From assembly GCA_028534125.1 (NCBI GenBank), contig CM052816.1:43836001-43900000 (forward strand): a DNA stretch of 64,000 nucleotides, given 5' to 3'. Made by a program: the position numbers and the translations under genes. The first letter of the stretch is position 1; each line of letters opens with the position of its first letter. This DNA is from Lama glama (taxonomy: Eukaryota). Below, in pieces: positions 1 to 10,329 of the stretch. The notes under the pieces are model-generated. The model had not been told where the DNA came from and did no database searches. It worked only from the letters and a program-made list of their open reading frames with translations.

Positions 1-139
1 AACGTCTTAGACAGTGCCTGCCACGTGCTAGGCAGTAAACAATTTTCTCAAGAGTTTGACTTGTTTGAGTTTGATCTATAGTTTTATGTCCACATGACTC
101 TACCATTATGCTACTGTGTATAAGATTAAGGACTTGTTT

Positions 140-320
140 TTGAGTGCTTACTCTCTTCCAGCGTTGTGCTAAATGCCTTCGATGCATTTCTTTTTTGACC
201 TGAATCTCACGCTGACTTTATGATGTAGGGTCACTTTATAGGTGAAGAAACTGAGCCCTAGGGAGACCAGCGCTGATCACTTAGTCTGTGAGCCTTGGCC
301 AGGCTCTGATTTGAATTCAA
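140..320 (-). mobile_element. MIR SINE fragment
   Basis: TGAGTGCTTACT...GTGCTAAATGC...GGTGAAGAAACTGAG matches the reverse complement of the MIR core (CTCAGTTTCCTCATCTGTAAA); boundaries approximate. Confidence 0.7.
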
Positions 321-749
321 AGGCTAACTGGCTTCACTGGACTGAATGTCCAGGTCATCTTCCTGAGCATGTGAATCCCGTGTCTCTAAAAAGAGAGTAG
401 CTAGAAAATAAGGACCTTGACATGCTCCTTCTTTGCAGTGGGGACCACCAACTGTTTCTCCATCGTCTCCCTCCTTCTTTGCTTTCATGTGAAACAGAAA
501 AAATACTGCTTCATATCTTCAGAATACCATGATACATAAATTAGGAAAATGAATAAAAAGTAAAGATACAAATAATAGTGTCACAAAGAACATTAATAAA
601 AGCTGATTTGAAATTAAGTCTTTTCCCTGAACCCTGAGTGATAAAAGAGTAAGCGGATAGCTTCTGGTGGGCAGGTTAAAATCGTTTTGAAAGGATTTTG
701 ATTAGAGTTTTACCCTGTTGGCCTTTTTCATGGAAATATTCACAAAATA

Positions 750-820
750 CATTATGTTGTCGGTTTTTATGGCTGAGTAGTATTCCATTGTATAAATATA
801 CCACATCTTCTTTATCCAGT
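750..820 (-). mobile_element. Young L1 fragment (ORF2 end / 3' region) running into the gap
   Basis: TTTTTATGGCTGAGTAGTATTCCATTGTATAAATATACCACATCTTCTTTATCCAGT is the typical antisense L1 ORF2-end sequence, with little apparent decay. Confidence 0.85.
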
Positions 821-1320
821 NNNNNNNNNNNNNNNNNNNNNNNNNNNNNNNNNNNNNNNNNNNNNNNNNNNNNNNNNNNNNNNNNNNNNNNNNNNNNNNN
901 NNNNNNNNNNNNNNNNNNNNNNNNNNNNNNNNNNNNNNNNNNNNNNNNNNNNNNNNNNNNNNNNNNNNNNNNNNNNNNNNNNNNNNNNNNNNNNNNNNNN
1001 NNNNNNNNNNNNNNNNNNNNNNNNNNNNNNNNNNNNNNNNNNNNNNNNNNNNNNNNNNNNNNNNNNNNNNNNNNNNNNNNNNNNNNNNNNNNNNNNNNNN
1101 NNNNNNNNNNNNNNNNNNNNNNNNNNNNNNNNNNNNNNNNNNNNNNNNNNNNNNNNNNNNNNNNNNNNNNNNNNNNNNNNNNNNNNNNNNNNNNNNNNNN
1201 NNNNNNNNNNNNNNNNNNNNNNNNNNNNNNNNNNNNNNNNNNNNNNNNNNNNNNNNNNNNNNNNNNNNNNNNNNNNNNNNNNNNNNNNNNNNNNNNNNNN
1301 NNNNNNNNNNNNNNNNNNNN
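821..1320. other. Assembly gap (500 N)
   Basis: Run of N seen directly. Confidence 1.
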
Positions 1321-2169
1321 CTCCCAGTTTTCCCTCCATAAGCATCCGTATCAGTCCTGGTATCGCAGCAGCAAGATATGCAAGCAGACCTATTAGTGAG
1401 GAGGAAAGCAGCGAGGGGCTGTTAGATCCAGGCTTGCCTACTTAGCTTGAGATCTCTGTGGTTCTGTCGCTCTTCTGAACATAAATACTCTCCAAAGTGG
1501 TATTCAGAAACTGCCATGAGAAAAGAGGCAATACAGACAAAGCAATTAAAAAATGGGGAAAAAAAAGTCATCCAGCTGAAAAATAGTCATCCAGTTGAGG
1601 CAATCAAAAGTTCCTGGCAGTTGGCTGTACTTATTAATTCTTTTCCTCTTGCCGATACTCAGAGTGGAAGCACGCACACCAGGATGACAAGCTAAGTGAA
1701 AGCTTTCAACATCCCGGGCAGGCTCGGTTGTCATCCTGAGCATCCAGAGGTGCTGTCCTGGCTTGGGGCCCGGCCATGGACTACGAGAGAAGCATCACTG
1801 CTCCCATCTCTTTGTCACCGAAAAGTGGTCCTTGCCTTTGGCATTTCTCTTGACTTCAGCTTTTGCTTCAAGCAGCAGTGCAGTAACTGAACTGATAGAA
1901 ATAATGACAAAGAAAAGCATGAAAATATTTGGTAAGACAACTCCTTCCACTGTAGTAAAAAGGAAAATTCTGCTTTGATCTCACAATTCATCTGCTCATT
2001 TGGGTCAGGACTTTGGGCCTGTGTAGGTGTCTTCTCACACGGACAGTTTGTTGACTTTCGCATGCTGATTCTGAATGGTAGAGTCTATCTTGATAGGAAC
2101 CAAAGAAAGCCACAAAGATGAACTAGAACTGAGACAGAAAAAAACCAAATTGAAAAGAGCCAGTGGAAG

Positions 2170-2335
2170 CACATGGTGTGGAGGTTAAAAACCAGGTCTC
2201 TGTATTTGGACACAACCAGCTTCCATGGGTAAATCATTTAACTTCTCTACATATTCCCTTTTTTATCCTTTGTAAATGTTAGACTAGTAAGTACTTCAGG
2301 GAGTGTTGGAAGTACTAAACAAGGATAATATATGT
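2170..2335 (+). mobile_element. MIR SINE
   Basis: GGTGTGGAGGTTAAAA...GGGTAAATCATTTAACTTCTCT...TGTAAA...CAGGGAGTGTTG follows MIR consensus order. Confidence 0.65.
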
Positions 2336-4029
2336 CTAGTAAACTGAGAGCTCTCTTCTCCATCTTTTTATTGGAATAATGTTCCTAAACACCCTGGGTA
2401 ACCATGTCATTGACACCATTCAACGTCGTAAAGATGTACATAATACAAACAAATAATGGGCTAAATAAAAAAGCCAAACACTTTTAGATAAAACATAAAT
2501 GATTTAAATAAAATCTTAATATCTTGTGCTCTATTATTCACTTAAATTTCCCAAAGTGAAGTGTTCAATTTAGCGTCAAATCAGAGGGTACAGCATTTCA
2601 GTCCCTAACCACAGCACACTGTAGTTTTACTAATACAACTGAAAGTCTATTCAAAACAAAAACAAAACAACAAAACAAAGGTATTGGTACCAACACCCAC
2701 CTTGACCACATTTACTGGCTAATCATAGACTCCTGACTGATTTTATTGAGAAGTGGGATTGAGATGGTAAGGAACAACCAGCTCATCAATACTACATAAT
2801 GTTGTTTTTTTTAAGTGGACAGCAAATTGTGCTGAGCTCACATGCTATTTAGACCAGTAAACGTTCTATAAAATAAAGCCTTCTTATCATCTGTTCAAAT
2901 ATCTGAGGGAAAAATGTTATAAATAATAATATATTTTAAATGGCATTGCAAATGTTCACCTCAGGCCACAATGAAGAACGAGCACTGGAAGTAAGCGTGT
3001 TACAAATAGACTTTATTGTTTTGCTTTATGGACAGCACAGCAGTTTTTTTTTTTTTCCATGTAAAACTACAGAAAATGGCCATTAGCATTCTAGTGAGCT
3101 CCAAGTTACCTGTTGTTTTTGAAAGTACAAAAAGTTTTCACAAAACTGCTGATGACAGGATAGCTTTCAGGCATAGGAAAGTGATGAGGTTTGATTAGAA
3201 AAGTCAGACTACTGTATTCAAGTAAAAGACTACTTGAATTTTACTTTAGTTAAATAAAAAGTGTCTTTAATAGTAATTTTCGGTTGAGACGGGAAGAAAA
3301 CATTTGCTGCTTGTTCTCAGTCTTCCTAATTAACTTGTATTTCCAACTTATAACACGTGTTTCAAACAAATAGCAAAATACCACATAAATATCACATAAA
3401 AAGCTCTTTTTCATTTTAGTAGAAAACTATAGAATTTTATTTGGAAAATTTAAAGCAAATGTTCTGGTTTAAACTGGCATTGAATATATCTTCTTTTAAT
3501 GTGGATTGAGAGTATTTGTTTAGATCATCTGATATTTAAAATAGATAAGGAAAGCCAAAAATAAGTCATAAATATTTTAATAACATAATGTAGCTGGTTT
3601 TTCTCAATTCTTTTTTAGATATATTGGTTATTTGGTAGGAAAATGATGAATTGTATGTATAAATGACTCAAACATACATGGGATTTCTGTAGCCATTACA
3701 ATAGAAAACTTTCCAAAATACCAGGACCCTGGAATTCAAACATGTATCGTGGCCAAAAATGGTGACTGGAATTTTTCAAATAAAAATTGTCCCACATACA
3801 GGAGTCTTCTATGGTTTCACATCCCTGTTCTCATGCCTTTTGCATTTCATGAAAAAGAACTTCTCTTCTAAGCTTTGTCTCCCACTTCTATATTTCTTTT
3901 GCTAAAGGAATCCTAGTCTGTTACTGTCACTCTATAAAGATGACATATTTCAATATAAATATTTAACGAGCAATTTTAGAATCATCTCTTGAGACCTTTC
4001 CTTCCACCAGTGCTGTTCTGCCCTTGAAA

Positions 4030-4620
4030 GCGCGGGTAATCATTAGTTGAACCCGTTTCACCTGCAGCCTGCCTTCACTAATCCAGTTCATTCTGATTGT
4101 TGCTTGAGGAGACCTGCATGTTCTCCAAGCGGCACAGAGCCTAAACAAGGACGTGTTTGCTCCAGTTGTTTCCTGGGAATTCGGAGTCCGCTGGGCCTAG
4201 TTCAAGCTGAGCTGGTTACGACAGGATCACTGACCCTCCTGCGGAACATGCGTAAGTGTCCGCACTATGCCCTTTTGACGTCAGGGGGCCTAAAACTCCT
4301 TCCTTAGATCTTGCTAAGCGCCTCCACATTTGAAGGTGCAGAGGCCTGCGGCGCAGTTACACCTGCGCAGGACAGCGGTTACTGGTTCCAGCGCCTTTTC
4401 CCATCGCCCGCCCCCACGCCCCCACGCCCCCACGCCCCCACGCCGCCCTGCTGCCTGATTGGTTATCCCATAAGTGCCCCTGCCGGACGCCGGCGGCAGG
4501 GGCGGGGCTGACGCGTTCTCTTCCTGTCTCTTTGCTGGGCTCCTTCTTAATAAGCTTTCTCTTCGCGGCAGTTCTTGGCGTCTCAGCGTTCTGGCTTGCT
4601 GAGCGTCAGGCAAAACAAAC
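4030..4620. promoter_or_regulatory. CpG-rich promoter-like island 1
   Basis: Dense CpG against an AT-rich background; CRE TGACGTCA 4276-4283, CHR-like TTTGAA 4329-4334, MYB-type CAGTTA 4354-4359 and CGGTTA 4376-4381, inverted CCAAT (ATTGG) 4458-4462, GC box GGGGCGGGGC 4499-4508, half-CRE TGACG 4509-4513. Confidence 0.8.
4410..4441. repeat. Perfect tandem repeat (GCCCCCAC)x4; G-quadruplex-forming on the minus strand
   Basis: Four exact 8-mers; minus strand reads GGGGG-CGT-GGGGG-CGT-GGGGG-CGT-GGGGG. Confidence 0.9.
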
Positions 4621-5139
4621 CTGGTTAGGTGACATCTTGCTCCCTGCTCCTGGGGGGATACTAAAGAGAAGACAAGTCCTGTCCTGAATGTCATGGGTGT
4701 CACTTCAGATTATCTGGGGTTTCCATGTGCACTATCATGGTCACTCCCGTGCCCTTACTCTTTCTAAAAATTTTTCTAAGCCCCTAAGTGGGAAACCTAA
4801 CTTTTAATCCTGTCTTTTCTTTTCTAAGAACCAAAGCAATCATTTCCTCTGTCTTCCCTTTGAGGTGGGAGTGGTCTCTTCTGTCAAGATTTTCTTTGCA
4901 ATCTCTCTCTCTCTCCGGGGTAAATAAGCCTGAAATCTTAGTGCTAGTAGCAGAAAGTGCACTGACTTCACGTTTTAAAAAATCTCGTTCCGAGAATATT
5001 ACAAGTGTCGGGTACCGGGGTGGGTTCTGGGAAACCGAGAGGGAGAAGCACATCGCCTGCCGCCAAAGGGCTGCAGATTCACTGAGCAGACAAGGCGGGT
5101 TGGGAACGTAACGGAAGCCCTGGGGTAGGGAGCAGCGGC

Positions 5140-5880
5140 AGGAAAAGCTTTTCAAGATGATTATCTGAAGTAAGGCTTAGAATTCTCCAGAGCTTGCCTC
5201 CTCAGTAGATGGAAAAACAGGTTCAAAATTTAGAAGATAAGAGCATGGGGTGGGAAGGAAGTGAGCTGAAGACGGCTGAAGCTTAAAGGGCGAGGGAGAA
5301 GGAGCTGGGAATGAGTTCGGATAGCTGGGCAGGGCCCTTTCTTGGCACTGCTAACGTGTTCAGCCTGTTTTCAGAAACCACTGAAGCTTTTGAGGCCAGT
5401 CATATTTGCATCTTGGGAAGTAGAAAAGAAGATAAACTGAACTGAATGTTGGGGTTAAACGGGGGAGAATTCGGCGTAGGGAGAAAACGAAGGAGGCTGA
5501 GTAGCCCAGTTGTGTGCTGATGCTATGTCAAAGAGTGGACGCGGTCATTTTGGGAAGTGGATCTGATGGATTTGGGGGTTGATTAAATGCCAAGGTTAGT
5601 CAAGAATAAGGGCAAAAGCTGACTTCTGAGTGTGTAGCTCAGACAGCTGAGTAAGTGCCTTTCCCCACCTAAAATTCGGAATAAGAAAGTTCTGGGGCAG
5701 ATGAGGTGAAAGAGAAGAATGAAGTCAAATGAGTTTGGCTTTGGAGCTGCAGAATTTGAAATGCCTGTGGGAAGGACCCAGTGGAAATCACTTAAGTAAT
5801 CAGTGAAATACATCAAGCTGGAGCTTAGTATGTTTAAAGTGTTCGAAATTTGTGTAGAGTGGGGTTCCAAGGATGGACTG
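5140..5880 (-). mobile_element. L2 LINE fragment
   Basis: ATGAGTTTGGCTTTGGA...GAATTTGAAATGCCTGTGGGA...CCAGTGGAAAT...AGCTGGAGCTTAG resembles antisense L2. Confidence 0.7.
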
Positions 5881-6259
5881 CGGGAGCAGTTCGCCCGGGT
5901 TGAAGGCAGTAAAAGGGGGCATTGTTTGTGGAACTGAAAACAAAACCAAGTCAGTCTGCACTGATGGTCAGAGTAATGCCAGCAAAAAAGTGCTCCTCAA
6001 AAACATCTTTTGAGTTCTAAGAAATTGCTGTGGTTACTGTCACTTTATAAAATCATAGTGCACATGCAGCGGAAATACTACAACATGACATTCAGTTTTG
6101 GTTGTGGAAATCCCCCCCCCCCAGATTTTCTACAATTGGAAGTTAGTTATTTGGGCAATCCAACAGGATTAGAATACAAGTCTGGAAAGATGAATGCTGA
6201 CTTGGGGTATAATGGAAATGGAAATGTAAAAATCATATAGATAAGACACTGTCACCCCT

Positions 6260-6665
6260 TCACTCACATTGGCTTGTTTGGTGTTCTCATAGCCTCCTGC
6301 CTTGGGTTTCTGCATTTGAACTCCCTTTTGCCTGGAATGCTTTTCCTCTCAAACAGATGGCTTACTCCTCACTTTTATTCAAGTCCTTTATCAAACATCC
6401 TCTTAGGATAAGCAAGGGAAAACTTCTGATTGAAATCTGTTTCTCCCATTCACACCATCCATTAGCTACATTCTTAATGCCTTTTGCTTTTCCCATCACT
6501 TCGTACCTTCTAAGGTAAAATAGATTTTACTTGATTTGTTTGTTCCTTTGCTACCACTTTCCCCTTGAATTTAGGAATGAACAGGTTTTATTTTATTGTT
6601 TTCCACTTTTGAGAAGGCTCATAAGCATAGCGTAACATAATATTTGTGTAAATAGAGGAAGAATA
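6260..6665 (+). mobile_element. L2 3' region
   Basis: TTTCTGCATTTG...TTTGCCTGGAATGCTTTTCCTC...CTCCTCACTTTTATTCAAGTC...AATATTTGTG..AAT follows the L2a 3' end. Confidence 0.7.
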
Positions 6666-6791
6666 TTAAATGATTTATGAAAGTAGTTTTATAATAAACC
6701 ATAAATAAGAGAGCCACTTTTGGGGGAGGATCTATGTCTTAATTTCACAGTGCCTACCTCAGTTTCTGCACCAAAAAAAAAAAAATGCTCA

Positions 6792-6895
6792 GTGGTGACC
6801 AGATGTCCGGGTTTATATCTGTGGTCTCATCATTAAATATAAATGGTACATCTTTTAACTTTCACAAGGGTCTCAGGGCAGTAATATGGTCCTCT
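6792..6895. mobile_element. Short hAT-Blackjack-type MITE (MER81/MER94-like)
   Basis: Starts GGTGACCAGATGTCCGGGTTT and ends ATATGGTCCTCT, i.e. imperfect inverted termini like the Blackjack AGGGTGACCA terminus. Confidence 0.5.
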
Positions 6896-8029
6896 GATCA
6901 ACAAATGCCTGATGAATAAAATAGTAAAGATTACTGTAGGAAGAATAGATCTGTTTGAGTTATATCCAAATCTCAAAACATCCCCCCCAGCTAATGAAGC
7001 ACTGAATTGGGTGAAGTTTCAAAGAAAACAGCTTAATATGTTCCCCACTTTCTACCTCTTGTAGCTGTCTTAATTTTTTATTTCCATTGACTTTCATAAC
7101 AGATTTTTGGATTAAGTTATTATTCATTTTCAAAAAGTATTTACTGAGTTCTTGCAATGCTTTTGGTCTTCTAAGGAGCGCCCGATCTGGTGGGGGCATT
7201 CAATGGCATTTTAGAGTCAATGTTATAATTTACGAGAATAAATAGTTATTCGTTATTTTTAGAAACATTTTGAGAAAGGGAAAATGATTTTAGTGCAAAT
7301 AAGAAAAGTAAAACTGGAGTATTCTAAAATAACTATGATAATTGCTCTTAGGAGTTTTCACAACTCTGCTCTACCATAACCCATATAATAACACCCTAAA
7401 AACGCTGATTTGGGCATTCATTTAGTCTTTATTTTTATGAATATTTAAAGCTTTTACATTTTGTATAAAACTCTTCTATCCTGTTTTCACTCATAATACA
7501 CGTACTTTCAGACCACTAAAATGGTATGATAAGCACACATAATTACAAGTATGGCTATAATTTCTATAACTTGCTTAATTAACCCTTTATTGGAGACATT
7601 TGATTTATTATTTTAACTATAGAACAATTCTGTAATAAGCAGCCCTATGCCTTGGGTTATTTTATATTTTAATTTCTTTTGAGTAAGTAAAAAGAATTAC
7701 TCATAGGGTTTGAGCTGAACTTTTTTTTAATAGCTCCTGATATGATCTTCTAAAATGTTTGTAGTAATTTAGAGCATTGGCAAAGATTTAGGGTGTTACA
7801 CTTTTTTTCCCCAAATCTAATTTTCATCTTTACTAACTTGGGTATTATTATTTTCTGTTATTAGAAAGGAGATGAAAAAATTTGCCAAGCAGATAGGTCA
7901 ATAGCTCATGATGCACACACTTATTTTTAGGATCTATTTGGTAACACAAATTAGTGATGGAGAGCCTAGATTTCAGATAAAATTAGTCAAATCTCATGCC
8001 AGTTTAGTATCTGCAAGAATTGAAATTTT

Positions 8030-8116
8030 ATACATACATATATTTTCAAATTCTGAACTGCTTTGCTGCACACCTGAAACTAACACTGTAAATTGATTAC
8101 ACGTCAATAAAAAAGA
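8030..8116 (+). mobile_element. 5'-truncated L1 3' tail (cetartiodactyl type)
   Basis: CTGAACTGCTTTGCTGCACACCTGAAACTAACACTGTAAATTGATTACACGTCAATAAAAAA matches the L1 terminus with AATAAA and an A tail. Confidence 0.8.
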
Positions 8117-8379
8117 ATTTTTTAAATTGTAATTTTATATAAATTATATCATGTCCATGAGCTTTATTTAGCTAAACTGGCTATAATTCCTGCTTCATAG
8201 GATTGGTACAGAGTGCCTGTACTTATTAGGTGCAAAGTATTACATATTAGTACAAAAAATATAGCTATTAAGAAAAAGGAAATTAAGAGGACAAAAGGCA
8301 TGCTTTTTTTTAACCTGATAATATTAATATGTAAAGGTTAAATTTTTTTCCATATGTTTTACTATAAATATACATTCCT

Positions 8380-8790
8380 ATGGTATTATTCAGAACTCTT
8401 CATATGTATGAGACAGAAACCAAAGCAAAGTGATTTTTAGGAAAAACACAGTCCATTGGCTCATGGAGCCAGTTAACTCGCAGGTGGATTTGGACCTGGA
8501 TTCTGTGGTCTCAGATTCAAGCCATGTCATAAAGGGTCTCTCGCTCTCTGGCTCTAGCTTTCTCTCTGCCTGATTCTTCTCCTGGTAACATGGTCTCAGT
8601 CTCTTCTGTGTAGACAGACATCCTCCCTGTGTCCCTGTGGCTAAGGAACACGTGTCCCACCGGTTCCAGTTTCCTCTTTGTCACCTAATGCAGTGGAAAG
8701 AGCTTCTGTCTCCCAACATCCATTGTTAAATCTTCTGGAACTGACCCCCTCACTCCCAATCCTGATCCAGCCAGTTTTTCTCAAGAGAAG
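8380..8790. mobile_element. Old MaLR LTR (MLT1-type) fragment
   Basis: CAGAACTCTT...TGAGACAGAAACCAAAGCAAAGTG...ATTGGCTCATG and GAAAGAGCTTCTGTCTCCCAAC resemble old MLT1 LTRs. Confidence 0.5.
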
Positions 8791-10329
8791 CCCTAAATCC
8801 TAAGGTATCCATTGTATGTAATGAATGGGCTTGTCTCTGGCTTCTAGAACAGAGCTCAGTTTGCTGCTTGAATTATTTTCAGAGTTCTATGGCTCAAATG
8901 GGGAACTTTGGTCAAGAAAGTCTGCATGCAGGTGCTATGAATGCCCAAACCAAGGTCAGAGAGGTGACTAGAAATACAGGTTTGGGAAATCTTGGATATC
9001 TAAAAAAACTATACATACACCTCTGCTTAGCTGATGGCATTACAGAGAACACTGTGTGCCTAGAAGAACAATGATGCGCTGTTTGTTTCCCTGGTGAAGA
9101 TTCCCTGTCTCCCAGGGCACTCCCCCAAGGCGCTGGCGTGAAGCTGTTATCATGGCCACCTTCGGGGCCCAGAGGAAACAGGGCTATGCCAAGTGTATTC
9201 CTCTGGCTGGCTTCCCAGGTCCTCTTCTGGAGCTCTTTATTCAAGTGCCTCAAAAAGTGGCAGCAGGGGGGTGGGGAGAACTTTTTGAAGTCAAAAAGTA
9301 GTAATATTCTTTTGGTTGCTAGAGTAACATTCACGCTGTGCCACAAAATGTCCCTTGGTGCCACTGTCAGAGCCATAATAAGGCTCGTTTGTCAGTCCAA
9401 CGTGACATTTCTTATGTTTCTAATATAATGCTTCTAAGATTGCAATCCTCAGACAATAATCATTGTCAGCGGGATCATCTGGGAAAACAAAGGATAACAG
9501 GGGCATCCAGTGCCCCAAACCTGAACCAGCCCGTTTGCTCTAAGCAGCGTGTGCCTGCTGAGGGCCGAGCCGGCTGCCATCAGTGTCATTTCAATGAGTA
9601 ACAGGGTTGACTTTCCTCCTGCTATAAAAAAGGCCCACATTTTCCTTCCACTTCTAGGGCTGTTTGACTGGCCTTGGTTTTCTTTTGTGTGTGCACATGT
9701 GTGTGGCAAGTTTTTGCTCAGAAAGCTATGACCCATTTGCTTTTGTTTTAAAGGTTGCAAGTCACATGGGGCCAGAGCTGTAAGCATTCGGCCAAATCCT
9801 CGGTGGAGAGTGGTCGCTGCTGCTGGGCCTCCTTCACGGATACTTGCATACATTTTGACAAATGATAAGCTTTAGCCCAAATTATGTTGTCTTGTTTACA
9901 CCTTTATCTTATTCTTTGAAAAAACTCAATTTTAGGGATATTAAAAATCCTAGTGGAAGATGAGGTCCTCTTTGTCAGCTAGCAGGCAGTGCTTTCTAGT
10001 TTTTGTTTCTAAATAATGTTTTGAGATTAAATCACCTGTACCTAGTCTGTGTAGACTGAGAAAGCAGAAAAAATGAATCTGATAATATTTTCTCATAATA
10101 GAACCTCTTTGCATGTAAAATGTCCAGCTAATTTGGTTGAACGTTTTTGTGTGGGTATTTAATTATTCAGATAATTACCTTAATTTGCCAATGGAAATAC
10201 AGCTGCACCTAAACGGAGTTAAAGTTGGGAATGCTGCCCAGTGCTTTTGATTTTGTTTCATTACGTTACTCAGAGTATTGGTTTCTTCAGTCCTCTATTG
10301 TTCTCTGTACACGTTTATTCCAGGTTAAT

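Noticed and set aside
698..1396. 232-aa and 177-aa ORFs
   Set aside because: Artefacts of translating through the 500-N gap.
1763..2063. Overlapping ORFs, including a minus-strand frame VTALLLEAKAEVKRNAKGKDHF that faintly resembles ankyrin repeats
   Set aside because: It stops after ~30 codons, has no strong donor and lacks the TPLH motif; insufficient for a CDS call.
8912..9428. 154-aa and 96-aa ORFs
   Set aside because: No recognisable domain and overlapping opposite-strand ORFs; consistent with chance.
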